From positions 172,794,001 to 172,858,000 of the forward strand of contig OY740781.1 of assembly GCA_963514005.1 (NCBI GenBank): a DNA stretch of 64,000 bases, written 5' to 3'. Position numbers and translations under genes: made by a program. The stretch comes from Raja brachyura (taxonomy: Eukaryota). The notes beneath the pieces were generated by a model. That model was not told the origin of the DNA and did not search any database. It saw nothing but the letters and a program-made list of their open reading frames with translations. Numbering within the stretch: the first letter of the stretch is position 1; each line of letters begins with the position of its first letter. Below are positions 22,940 to 35,445 of this stretch, one piece after another.

Positions 22940-23420
22940 TGCTAATTTGCAATTCTCCGCTCTGCTCCGCGACTCTGCAACGGGGAGCAGAGCAGTGGGT
23001 GCCGCCAGGATGCCGAGGGTGGGAGGTGGGTGGGTGGGTGCGGGCTCCCCAGCAGTGGGTGCAAGAGGGCGGGCGCGGTCACGGGCGCCCACCCACACGC
23101 TCGGCGCGCTCCCGACGCCGCTCTGTTCTCAGCCGTGACTTCGGTGGGCGCGTGCATGTGGTTGCAAGGGGAAAAAAAAATAGGGAGGAGAGGGGTGGGT
23201 GGGTGGGTGGGATGTGTGGGGTTTGTTGGTGGCTGAAACGCGCACATAACACATCATGTGGAGAGTGCAAGAAGCAGAGAGCGTGCCACCTACCTGCTAA
23301 CATCCATCCGGAGACAACATTGCACCGGGCTCTGGCCGAATGCGCGCTACTTACTGCTGCTGCTGCTGCCGCCGCACACACCCCACAACTCGCTGCACGG
23401 GTAGCTAGCTGCAAATACAG
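22940..23420 (+). promoter_or_regulatory. HHIP: CpG-rich promoter / 5'UTR region of HHIP
   Basis: GC- and CpG-rich non-repeat segment upstream of exon 1, with GC-box-like GGGCGG (~23067), GGGT runs and a near-GLI motif GCCCACCCA at 23087-23095. TSS not determinable. Confidence 0.7.
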
Positions 23421-23582
23421 CATCTCCGTTTCTCCTGTGCACAGGAACATCAAATTGCAGGAGAAAAAATTGTGTTTTTTTTTAAATGTAGCACTTTTTT
23501 TTGCAAAAGAGAACATGTGCTTTCGGAAGTTGTGAATTTTTTTGTTTTTTTTTAAAGTAAAGCTCGTGGAAGACTTAAACTT

Positions 23583-23633
23583 TATATATAATATATATAT
23601 AAATATATATATTATATATATATATATATATAT
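23583..23633. repeat. (TA)n microsatellite ~15 bp upstream of the HHIP ATG
   Basis: Imperfect TA run read directly. Confidence 0.9.
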
Positions 23634-23647
23634 TTCAATATTGGAGA

Positions 23648-23914
23648 ATGAAAATGAACGCGTTGGTATATTTGAAGTTTGCCCTGGTGCTGGCAGTGGC
23701 CGCTAACTTTCTTGACAGCGAGGCGAAGTTTCTTGAAAGGAGTCAGGAATCTCCGGTGAGGAGGTGCCTGGATGGGAGTACGCCGCGCCGCTTGAGGAGG
23801 AGGGAGAGGAGACTGCTCGCCCTGGACCCTAGTGCCTATATCTGTCACAGGCTGTACGGCCGCCTGTCCTGCTGCCCCAGCTTCGGGCATTTCCATGAGT
23901 TCGTTGATCCCAAG
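23648..23914 (+). CDS. HHIP: HHIP coding exon 1 (signal peptide, basic cluster, start of cysteine-rich domain)
   Basis: ATG at 23648. Translation MKMNALVYLKFALVLAVAANFLDSEAKFLERSQESPVRRCLDGSTPRRLRRRERRLL...ICHRLYGRLSCC...VDPK matches the recalled HHIP N-terminus (human LAVALGFFEGDAKF...RCLNGNPPKRLKRRDRR...RLSCC). 267 bp = 89 codons; donor AAG|GTAAAT at 23915, phase 0. Confidence 0.95.
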
Positions 23915-24360
23915 GTAAATGTTGTCGCTCAGGCCGGGATAAAATGCACCATGCCATGCTGCAAATGATGGGTTCAACAGGTTGAGCCCAGTTAGAGTTA
24001 CCTTATAGTAAGTACTGCGTGTAACTGGGTTAGGATATTGTTAGCAGGGGGGGTCGGGGTAATACGTTTCTGTTTACTTTCCTTGGGCAAGGGTAAGGGG
24101 CTCCAATCATATTGGTGTTGGCGGACAAAAGTTAGAAAATGGAAGTTTAGCAAACATTCAGGTGTTTTTAAAATCTTCACATATGCAGCGCTGCAGTTGT
24201 CAAGGATGACGAGGGACGCTACAAAACTCGTGTTTCAGCGTTGTTGGCCTCAGCATAATAAGAAATACCCCGACTGAATCGAATTTTTATGCTAGGTTCA
24301 CGGTGGATTTCACTCCATTCTCATGTAAACAGCTTCTACGAATCAACATATGCGTCTGGG

Positions 24361-24588
24361 NNNNNNNNNNNNNNNNNNNNNNNNNNNNNNNNNNNNNNNN
24401 NNNNNNNNNNNNNNNNNNNNNNNNNNNNNNNNNNNNNNNNNNNNNNNNNNNNNNNNNNNNNNNNNNNNNNNNNNNNNNNNNNNNNNNNNNNNNNNNNNNN
24501 NNNNNNNNNNNNNNNNNNNNNNNNNNNNNNNNNNNNNNNNNNNNNNNNNNNNNNNNNNNNNNNNNNNNNNNNNNNNNNNNNNNNNNNN
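24361..24588. other. Assembly gap (228 N) in HHIP intron 1
   Basis: Run of N. Confidence 0.99.
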
Positions 24589-24894
24589 CTCCTTCAGTCC
24601 GAGCTCTGTCCAAATGTTCGTCTCTTTTGAGTGAGCATTTGTCCTACTCTTTCTGTTCCCAGATCAGTAGGAACGCCTCACTGCAAATTTTCAGCTGCAG
24701 TTTTCCTTCTTTCTACCAAATGTGGCAATATTCAAGTGAGGATCAAATGTCTTAGGTTTTTGCGTAGAAGTGATATATGTTAACAGCCTGTCAGAGTAAT
24801 TGAGTTGTTAGTATTAGCTTATTTTGCCAGATATATTTCATTTATACATAAACAAAACAGCTATTTTAGATTTTTTTGTAACCAACCAAATGAT

Positions 24895-24937
24895 TGTATC
24901 ATTTATAAATGTATCATTTATAAACGTATCATTTATA
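24895..24937. repeat. 15-bp tandem repeat (tgtatcatttataaa) x ~2.9
   Basis: Direct observation. Confidence 0.85.
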
Positions 24938-26444
24938 TTGGTGTCTTTTGATATACCTCTCTGAAATTCTTAATCTCAATATCTTTCAAGTGTTTTGGAT
25001 GGTTTGTCAGCTTGCCTGAACACATGGCTATTTAAGGAAGAGCTTACAAGATAATTTATCCTTCCTGATTAGCAACTTTGAATGATTTCAAAGCCAAGTG
25101 AATATTTGCCCAAATGAATGTTATCAAATGTGTCCCCTGTGCTCTAAACTGTTTGGTCTTGAAGTTCAAGAATAAATTTTATTTAGCAAAAGTGAGGAAG
25201 CAACAAATTCATCTGCACTTTTAAGACATCAAATTATCAAGTTGGCTAATTGGAGCAATTTTGTGGTGAAAGGCTGCACATGTTTTACACTAATCAATGG
25301 CAACAGTAATCATCCCTAAGCATGTTATGACAATACTTGAACGTTCTAAGAATAATGAAGCTCAATGGTTTTATATACAGAATAACAAGTAGGAGAAAAT
25401 GGGAATTTGGGGGGGGGGGTTTAAGCTTTGTGATTACTTATTTAGCAACTGGATCTACTGAACAGAGAGGATGTTTTAAAGGATCAGACAGATAAATAAT
25501 AGTTACTTTTTTTTCAAGATTGAGATCTGCTGCTTTCACTGTGCTGGGGATGTAGACAAGTTTCATAGATTGTGCTTTGCAAATTTTTATTTTATTTTAT
25601 ACAGTCCTATGAAGTGTTGTGGATACTCCAGAAGTAATGTGCCCATATTTGTAATCTGGAAAATAAGGTAATTTAGATAAAATAAATACAAAACAATAAC
25701 ATTAGTGATTTGGCAAGTACATTTATTCGTAAGTACAATTATCATTCCATAGTGAGCCACCTGATGGGTTGGATAGTCTTGTGGTTAGATACAAAATTAT
25801 GGAGTAACTCAGCGGAGCAGGCAGCAACTCTGGATAGAAGGAATGGCTGATGTTTTGGGTCGAGATCCTTCTTGTGGTTGCAAGGTTTCCTTGACCACAT
25901 TGAAACAGTTGAGCAGTTCCCATACTTGAATGATGATATTCCAGGTGGGTGGAGTGAGTGGTAAGACAGAGGAGGGGGCAGTAGTGGGGATATACAGAAG
26001 AGTGCCAGAACATTTCAGTTTTCTTCCACAGCTGCTGTAGTTCAACGTGGTGCTCCATCTAATGGTGAATTCTAGCACTGACAATTCTGAGCTGAGATAC
26101 GGGAATTGCTTGCATGAAAAAAACTTAAGACAGAACATTTATCTGGCACTTAATGGCGTTTGGCTGGAATGTCAATGTTTTGTGCAGAAGATAATCTTGG
26201 GAAAATGACCACATATTGGAACATTGTCCTGCCATGTTGCCGATTTCATGTCCAATGTTCATTAACTAGGCACTTATTGCAAACATGGGATACCCAAGTA
26301 GAAACCTCAGTCCACAGCTCTGATGCTTATATTCTAACCAGATTTCTGCAAGAGAGACTCCCTCCTGTCATTAATTCCTGCAACAGAAGGTCAAACCTGT
26401 GAAATCCTTCAGTTCCCCTTCAACATATGGAAAAACACCATCCA

Positions 26445-26890
26445 ATGCTGCCTGGTTAGAGGATATTAGCTACAAGGAGAGGTTGAACAAACTTGGGTTG
26501 TTTTCTCGGGAATGCCAGAGGTGCAGGAGAGAACTGATGGAAGTATCTAACATTATGAGAGGCATTGATAGACAGGCTGAACCTATTTCCCAGGATAGAA
26601 ACGTGAAAGACTGGAGAGCATAACTTTAAGGAGAGAGAGCAATGTTTAAAAGAGATGTTCGGGCCAAGTATTTTACACAGAGAGTGGTGAGTGATGGGAA
26701 TACGCTGCCAGGTTTGGTGGTGGAGGCAGATATGATAATGGCATTTAAGTAGCTTTTAGTTATTTGCATGGATATGCAACAAATGGAGGGATGTAGGTCA
26801 GATGAAGCCAGATGAGTTTAGTTTGGCTTGGCATCTTGTTCGGCACAGACATTGTGCGCCAAAGGGCTTGTTTCTGTGCTGTACTGTATG
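26445..26890 (+). mobile_element. CR1 3' fragment
   Basis: LEDISYKERLNKLGLFS... followed by the 3'UTR gggcttgtttctgtgctgtactgt. Confidence 0.8.
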
Positions 26891-27689
26891 ATGTTAGATG
26901 TTGAACGCAAACATACAAATTAGCATAAGAACATAGCTCTTCAAGTTGTTTCATCATTTAATATATAATGGTTGATATGATTACACCCTCAACTTTTGTA
27001 TTCCTACCTACAGCCACTCACCTTTCACTTCTCTATTTATAAAGAATCTATTTAACTCTCCTTAAATAATTAAAAAAAAACACTTCCACTGCATTTTGAG
27101 GAAACGTGTTTCAAAGGATCACAACATTCTGAGTGCAAAAAAAGGCTTCTCTATTATTAAACAATGATCCAGGCCTCTGGATTCTCCCACAATGAGAAAT
27201 ATCCCCTCCACATATACCCTGTAAAGACCCCTCAAGGCCTAATATGTTACAATGAAGCCTTCTCTATTCTAAACTTGGCAAACAAGCCTTGCCTGTGCAC
27301 TCTTTCCTGATAAAGATAAATCGTCCAGTCCATGTATTAGACTAGTAAACCTTCTTTGAATTGCTTTCAGATCATTAATGTCTGAATGGAAGCAAAGACC
27401 AAGGAGGGCACCTTTGGCCTGTCAGTCCATATCAGTCATCAAGAAAGTGTTGAACTCCTTTATTAAATAAGTTGTTGTGGGGCACCTAGAGAATCATAAT
27501 ATGATTTGGTAGGGGTTATGAGAGGAAAATCATGCATGACAAAGCAATGGGATATTGTTAAGGATAATGCCAGTGGGATAGTTAAAGGGGGAGCCTTTGG
27601 ATACATTTTGCATTTGGGTTGCAGACAAATGGCACTGCATAACAGACTTTTAAAATGCATTCATAGAGTGAGGATGAACCAACATGTAC

Positions 27690-28160
27690 TGCCCATTCCT
27701 GGTTACAGAGAGTTGCGGATGCAGGCCAGAACATCACACAAACCAGCCTTCCCCCATTGACAATATTGAGAGAACAGCCAACATAATCAAGGACCACTCG
27801 CGTCCCTTCGCATTTGCTCCTCTCCCCTCTCCTGCCAGGCAGAAGATACAAAAGCTTGAAAGCAGGTTCCATCAGATTCAAGAACAGCTTTTCTCCGCTG
27901 TTATTAGACTCTTGAATGGAGCTTTCATAAACTAAGGATATATTCCCAACCTCCCATTCTACCTCACTGCAGCCCTTGAATTTTTTTTTTAAAGAATCTG
28001 TATTTTCTCTGTAGCTGTAACACTGTATTCTGTTTCTTATTCTTTTTGCACTACCTTTACTTGTGCATATAGTTTGATTGTAATCATGTAGGTATGATGA
28101 ACCTGGGTGGATAGAAAACAATGTTTTTCACTGCATCTCAGCACACGAGACAATGATAAA
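27690..28160 (+). mobile_element. Rex1-like LINE 3' end
   Basis: ANIIKDHSRP..PLPS..RRKIQ..QEQLFSAVIRLLN and tail tttcactgcatctcagcacacgagacaat. Confidence 0.7.
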
Positions 28161-28689
28161 TGTTTAGCAATAGTTAGGTATAAGTGGTGAGCTGCCTTTT
28201 CAAAGCATTGAAATAGTATGAAAAAAGTTTTCCATGGTGCTGTTGGATTGGGTTCCAATGTGTTAGAACTACAAGGAAGAAACAGTGTTATATTTCTGAG
28301 TCAGCCTTGTATGTAACTTATAGGCAAGTGTACAGATGATGGTGTTCCTAATTCACCACTTGGTGATTGAAGCCATGGGTTTGACAGATACCATCTCTGT
28401 AACCTCGTTGAATTTTTAGATGTTTCGCACAACATCTGCAATGACCCAGAGATGGAGAATGTGAGCATTTAAGGTGATAATGGGAATAAGCAGTTCAGTG
28501 TGTTGTTTTGTGCTGGATGTTGTTAAGTTTTGTGAAAGCTGTTGGAACACGGTTATTCAGGCAAATGGAGAGTATCCCATCATATTCTTGATTTCATGGC
28601 AGATCGTGGAGAGAACTTGAGAGACTTTTCTCAGGAAAATGTTTAAACCCTTTATTAATGTGGCTATTATGGAACAAAGGCATTAATAA

Positions 28690-29710
28690 ATGTTACTGAT
28701 GTTGGGATTAAATATATTAGGTGGATAGAGGAGGGACTGTTTGACAGAAAACAGAGAGGTTTAATGGGTCATTTTCAGATGGTTAGACTATAACTCGTAA
28801 GGTGCCTCAGGATTCAGTGCTGTGGCCTTTCTAGTCTATTTTAAATAAAGAGACTAACTTTGCCAATAATAAATACAGTGATCACTAAGAAAGTAAATTG
28901 TTAGGAGGGCACAAAGAGCCTACAGCAGTAAAGGACAAACTTAAAAGTAAGAGTTAAAGTGTGGCAGGTAGCTTATAATGTGGGAAAAACAACCTTTTCA
29001 CTTTTCCCGTATAATAGAATATTATGTAAATAGTGTTGTTATTTGATGTGGTATCCAGCGAGATCAGAGAATCCTCATGGAAGAAACACAGAACATTTAC
29101 ATGCAGTAACAAAAAATAATTAGAAAATCAAATGGTATGTTGGCCTTCAATATGAAGAGGAAAGAAAACAAAAGTTGGGAAGTCTTGCTACAAATGAAAA
29201 GGACTTGGTGAGAGTACTCAGGAATATAATGTAACATTTTGGTCTCTGCTGTGCTTGCCTTAGAGTTGTTGCCAAGAGAGTTTGATAGATTGATTCCGGG
29301 ATAAGTGGTTTGTCTTAAGAAGAAAGATTGGCTTAAACTATCTAGAATTTAGAAGAATGAAAGGAAATCTCATGAAAATATTTATGATTCTGAATGGGCT
29401 TGATGGGATAAGTGCTGGGATGATGTTTCCCTTAGTGGGAATAATTTAATAAAGGGTTGCCGATTTACAAAAGAGATGTGTAGGAATTTACTCCTTCGGA
29501 GTACTGTGAATGTTTGGAATTTTCTACTCCAGAAGGAAATTGATGCCCAATAACACGATGTATTCATTGCTGTGATAAATCATTCTTTAGATTAAGAAAG
29601 GGAATCGAGGATTACGGGTATTGATGAGATAAGTCGTGGCTTATTGAACACCAGAAGATGCTAAAGAGGGTGTATGACCTTAGCCTACTCCATTTATACT
29701 CTTGTGTTCT
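28690..29710 (+). mobile_element. Old degenerate CR1 RT/3' region
   Basis: Recognisable decayed motifs (ggtgcctcaggattcagtgctg; tagaatttagaagaatga; tgtgaatgtttggaat). Confidence 0.65.
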
Positions 29711-30053
29711 ATATCTCACCCCTAAAAAATGTTTCCAGAACTAGTCTCATTAGTTTCACTGTTACCATAATGAAGACCTTCCTTTCATGATTCATATTGC
29801 TGTCTCCAGGAATCAGATTTTTTTTCCCCCATCAACAATGGTTTGAATTAGCCTTCCATTAGAAATTGGCCACAGGCATGGTTTCCAAAGTGATAACATC
29901 AAATCATATCCAGTAATCTCAGTTCTATCGCTTTGGTTATCTCGACCACCCATGTACCAGCTACGTAAAACGTTTGTTTATAAATTACAACCCACCTGTT
30001 CTGTGCTGACACAGTAGACTTAAATGTACTGCAGAAAACACAACAAATTAAAC

Positions 30054-30147
30054 TTCGCTCCATAGATGCTGCCTCACCCGCTGAGTTTCTCCAGCATTTT
30101 TGTCTATCTTCGATTTTCCAGCATCTGCAGTTCCTTCTTAAACATAG
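30054..30147 (+). mobile_element. PLE 3' terminus lacking the ribozyme core
   Basis: cttcgctccatagatgctgcc...gcagttccttcttaaaca; flanking repeat aattaaac at 30046-30053 and 30148-30155. Confidence 0.75.
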
Positions 30148-31028
30148 AATTAAACAATCATTGCTTAGCTATACTATAAAACAGACTGTAATATGCAAAT
30201 TGAGCTTTAGAGATTGTTGAATATCCTCAGTGATAAAACATTGTGCAACCGTATACATTTTAGTCTAGGCTTAAGTGCAAAAAGAGCATTAGGTTATATC
30301 CTTAGAGCTAATACTTTGCATTGTACAGTCCTATATATTTTAAAATATCAGAGATTAAATACAATTTTTATTAGGTAGGTTACATTTTTGGATATGCTAG
30401 CATTTATAAGTTGCAGTATGTTATATGCTTGAAACTAAAATTGCATTAAATAAGTGCATTGGATTGTTCCTTTCTGTCCACCTAACCAAATAACTGTATT
30501 TTGCATAATCTGCCCACATTAGAAAGATAGCAACAAGTTTATCAGATAATAGCATGTGATGAGTGTTTTTGGAAGTTAGAGATTTGAATGAGTTCCGCGT
30601 GTCATCTTTTGTACCATGGAAGCACTATGGTTTTGACATTCCAAAATTGGCGCTGTCATTACAAAACCTGTATTTGGGCTGCATTTATACCAACAACTCT
30701 TTGTCAATGCAAACTTGCTTCGTGGTTAGTCTGCAGTGTTCACACATTTGAATGCATGCCTAGAAATTTAACTTAGATGCTCATTTATAATGATAGTATC
30801 CCAGCAAAACACAAAATAATTTTTGTACCTTCTGATCATTTTTGTCATTTATTTGAAAAGATATTTTCCGTCGTGACCAATGTCGACCTGAAATGATCAG
30901 TCCTCTGATGACGCAGCAATGAAGATCTGTCCACTATGATTTCACCACTACTTAAGAAGTGTTTTCCATTGCTATTAATTTACTTTCTGTACTAAAGCTC
31001 CCACTCCTAAAAACAGATATTTGCATTC

Positions 31029-31231
31029 AGCGTCATTTGCGCATCATTTACGCGTCACGACGTACATGATGTGCACATTACGGGCGCATGGTGCGCATTA
31101 CATGCGCATGGTGCGTGGTGACGTTGGCTGTGACGCACGGTCGCGCACGGCGCCCCAGGATTTTGGGATGTACAAAATCTTTGCGCGCCATCTGCGTAAC
31201 GCGCAAATGACGCCCAAGTGGGACAGGCCCT
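31029..31231. mobile_element. Harbinger-type MITE, left end truncated
   Basis: Right TIR caagtgggacaggccct followed by TTA; internal inverted cgtcatttgcgc / gcgcaaatgacg; CpG-rich. Confidence 0.75.
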
Positions 31232-32188
31232 TTAGTTCTAAAATGAGGTTACCAGAAAGCATGTAAATTGCTACAATGCCATAGCTTGTTTCTGGCAATA
31301 TTACCACTGTTTTCAAATGGAAGAACTTGTATAGATGAAAATGAACCCCTCTTCCAATTCAAAAAAGAAAATGTATCAATTCAGCCATTTTTGTGGGCAA
31401 TATTTTAGCAATTACATCATTGACTTTCGATCACTTGCATGTAGCTTTGAGGCCGGTAATTGGAACCTACTTTGTACACTTACTTTTGTAATTCTCAACC
31501 AAACCTACTATGTTTAAACTCCAAGAAAATGTGCCTTGTGTGATTGTGCATTGGCTGCTGAAATAAAAAGGGAATACATTTCATATTTTTTAGAGGAAAA
31601 GGGAATAAAATCTCTCCATCTGACCAAAATATGCGTGAAGCTGTATTATTGTGCTGTCCAATCAGTCCGTACAATCAAATAGGAAAACCTTGTATACCCT
31701 AAGCACTTTCCAATAGGAGTCATGAAAAAATGCAGCCCAATTTATTTAAGGGCAAGTTCTAATGATTTTTCCTGATGGTGAATTGCCAGAGAAGAAATTG
31801 TGGGTTGGAGACAGAACTGAAGTGTTGAATCTCAGTCTAAATTACTTATGAACATAATTTCCCCAAAAGAGAACGGGATCCATAGATTTATCTATAAATC
31901 TGCGAACAGCTCCAGAAGAGATCAAGTTATGATGCAAAATTAATTATGTTTTAAATATTCGTTGTCATAATGCCACACCATTCATCAGAAACAAAATCTC
32001 TTGCTTATTGTAGTGAAGATGGCCTAACCATAGATTGTCCCCGGGTAACAAATGTTACACTTTTACTAAAGTCCACAAGTCAATTTTGCAAGTGTATTTT
32101 AAGTTGGAAAATACACAAAAATCATTCAATGAGGTAACCATACCTCAACAGTAGTGTAATGAATGGCACCTAAAGTACATAGACTAAA

Positions 32189-32288
32189 GGAAGGTAGACA
32201 AAAAATGTTGGAGAAACTCAGCGGGTGAGGCAGCATCTATGAAGAGAAGGAGTAGGTGACATTTCGGGTCGAGACCCTTTTTCAGACT
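32189..32288 (-). mobile_element. PLE 3' end fragment with decayed hammerhead
   Basis: Homologous to the other copies; ends at ttcagact. Confidence 0.75.
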
Positions 32289-34168
32289 AAAAGAAAGTGC
32301 AATTACGAAAAGTGGAGAGAGAGGAAACTAGTTCTGATGTTTTTAAGTTAATAATATTATGGGAGATCGCTCTTATGTAGAGATGCCTATAAGTTGTGGA
32401 TGGCCTGTATATTATTAGCATTTTCTAAATTGAGATAGTTCTGGGGCTGCAAGAGCAGGTAAGTAGCACTAATTATGTATTTACATGATATAAGTTGCAA
32501 TGATCAACATGATTTTCCAGGTTCTGATTTTAAATTCTTCGGATAATGAGGATAAAAATATTAAACTTGGCTTTATGCAAATCTACTTCAGATTTGAGGC
32601 ATCCTTTGTCCTAATTCATGATCTTTATGTAATTTCTTGCACAGTTAGCTTAACTACGCATACATCAGATGCAAAAGGGCCAATCACTCCATCTTGTATT
32701 GCTCTGTGTGTGCTCCCATTGTTTCCAGTGGGAGAGAACATCGAGGGTGTGTTATAATGATGGCTCTATCTATCTCTTCATGGGTATATACCCTGCAGAC
32801 CTCACACAGTGCAAAATGTGAAGGTCTCACTGTGTAAAAACAGCACAAAATAAATATATAGAGAAAATACTGGATCTAATTTCAGATAATTTATATTATA
32901 CCGCTGTCCAATCTATTTTATATGTGACCAAAACACATTCCAGAAATAGTTTTTTAAAAAAGTGATTGCAATGATTAGAATCTCTTGCAGTGTGTTTGTG
33001 TCCATAAAAATACCTTAATAGTGAAATTGGTGTCTGTGATGGCCAACAGAGGAGCATGCTAGCTGACAGCTGGTGAGCAGAATTTGAATATTTTTCTTTT
33101 ATTCTAAGGCATACAAATAATTTTGCCCTTCAGCATGAAGTAAAGGCTTCTCTAATTCATAAATTCAGCTTAAGGAGGTTATGAAACAAGTTATTTTTGA
33201 AGAACCACCATTTAACTTTAGAAAGGATTTTAATTAAGGATGACGTCCAGGACGTTTGGCTGTAGTTTAATTGCAATGATAATTGACATACAGGGAAATC
33301 TGAAAAGCCAGGTTTGGACAGTGATCGATCTTTTGTAAAAAGTATATTACAAAAATATATGTATGCAAGATTGAAATCACTTTTCATTAAAAACTGAACA
33401 TATAATATGTGGTATATGCATATTAGCAGATTTAATACTCATTTAATTGAATTATGCTTACAATAAGTTAGTAATATAAAGTAGATGTTATAAATTATTT
33501 CCAGAGATGGAAAGCTAGAATCTCAAGACACCCAGGGAAATGGTATTAAGTAGTGTTAGCAATTTCTGTATTTTCTAAACAAAAACATATAACCGGCCAA
33601 CAGTACAACATTAATTGTTTTCACTTCATTTAATGTTACATGAGTAAATTTGTAATTGCTTGGAACTAAATGATGCAGTTTATGGGCATTACTATTTCTA
33701 TTACATTTTGTGATTTTACTTTGGAACATTGGAGTCCAAGAGGACATCAGCAGATCTCCCACTGAGAAGTCCTACAGTGGGGGTTTTGGGTCGGAACGTA
33801 ACATAATGCAAAACATACATATTGTTGTGGCTTGACTAAAATGTCTTTAATATGCCACAAAATTTGGAATTTTCTATCTTTGCACACTCTAGTTTCTCTT
33901 TTAAAACTTCTATTCATTTCTCGTTTCAGTGTATAGAACAGTGAGAAACAATACATTAATTTTAGAACTTTGACTACATGTATTCACTGTTGATGATGCA
34001 CTAGATTTTAAATAAGGGGAAAAACAAGTAAATCAATGCATCTCTATTCCTAAAGGCAAGTAGGTACAGTAAAGATCTTACATACAACAGATGTTCTCCA
34101 CACATCTGAATGTTATCTTCTCGATTCAGTTTGCTTTTGCTTACTTCTTTCTGCTGTTTGATTTTCAG

Positions 34169-34364
34169 ACATTTTCTGTTACAAACAACACAGAATGTGC
34201 AAAGCTGCTGGAGGAAATCAAGTGCGCCCAATGTTCACCACATGCACAGTATTTATTTCACTTACCTGACCGGCAAGGAGCAGCAGACAATGAGCTGGCT
34301 TTTCCCATGTTGTGCAGAGATTATTGTGAACAGCTCTACTTTGCGTGCAGAAGCCAAATCACAG
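34169..34364 (+). CDS. HHIP: HHIP coding exon 2 (cysteine-rich domain)
   Basis: Acceptor ...gattttcAG| at 34168. TFSVTNNTECAKLLEEIKCAQCSPHAQYLFH...PMLCRDYCEQLYFACRSQIT-G matches recalled HHIP IFSVTNNTECGKLLEEIKCALCSPH. 196 bp; donor G|GTAATA, phase 1. Confidence 0.96.
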
Positions 34365-35436
34365 GTAATAAAGGCGACAAGACGTATGAATGAGCTCCCA
34401 AATCATACAAATTCTCATCTATTTCAATATTTGATGAATCAAGGTGGGGGGTATTCGCTGCAGACTCATGGTCCTCTGGTATGCTTATTGCAATGAAAGG
34501 GGGTGGTCATGGGCACCATTAAACAAAACGAAAGCTGACTGAAAAGTCATTACTTCAGAACTGCTGGCAGATGCTGCTGCCATCCTGTTTGGAGATGCAG
34601 TAACATTCAGAAAAGGCTGCTGCCACCCCACCGTGTCTCTTTTAACAATTAAATGCAGCGTTTATAATACTGTGCTCTATTGCTGTAACAGCTGAAGTAA
34701 TTCCTTTTCATTCTATTCTAATAAATATACAATAGTAAATGCTTCATTTTGCATTGAATATCTGTGACAGAAATTAGTTCTTTTGCAGCAAGGCATGTAC
34801 TTTGAAATGATATTTGCATTTAAATTCAGTGCAAGTTTTCTTTAAAGGAAACCTTCTTAAGGAGAGTACTTCATTTTCTTTAGTGTGGTTTCACACATTT
34901 TCCAATGTTTCCTGGAAAATGAAAATATTATTTTATCTACAACCTACCATTTTTTCCAAGGTTCCCTCCATACAGCTGGTTCTTACTCTTTATCACATTC
35001 CCTGTAGATTGAAAAGCTGAGGATTGGAGTGAAGGGGGTGTGGGGGGGGAGAGTTGGGTGGATTGGTTACATTTTCCAAGTCTATGTACTAAGCAGTCAT
35101 AACAGATTAGATTTTGGAGGATATTATTCACAAACAATAAAGCAGCAGGGAATTTTTGTACGCTTTTCCTACGCAAAAAAATTAACTAATCCCTGACCTT
35201 GGTGACCTCACCATCATTCTTTTTTTTTTACAAACTGCTACTTAACTTTTTAAAAATTGCGTTTATGCTGAGCAAAGGAGTTAATTGGAGTGTCTTAAGC
35301 AGCACAGGAGCTGGTGCCACAGGAACCTTTCTCCCCAGATCAACATATGTGGTGACGAATGACAAATTTATTTTTCTACGAAGTTTGTGTATGTGTAAAA
35401 CTGCTGAAGTGCATCAAGATGTCAAGTGCTTTGGGT

Positions 35437-35445
35437 GACCACCCA
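35437..35445 (+). promoter_or_regulatory. Perfect GLI consensus site GACCACCCA in HHIP intron 2
   Basis: Exact 9/9 match inside near-palindromic TGGGTGACCACCCA (35432-35445); lies in non-repeat sequence. Function inferred. Confidence 0.55.

Noticed and set aside
22808-23535. Several 100-210 aa ORFs on both strands
   Set aside because: Expected in GC-rich promoter sequence containing microsatellites; low complexity and no recognisable domain.
23915-23968. Extension of the exon 1 ORF (VNVVAQAGIKCTMPCCK*)
   Set aside because: HHIP homology ends at a canonical GTAAAT donor; this is intronic read-through.
24287-24755. ORFs spanning the N run
   Set aside because: Artefacts of the assembly gap.
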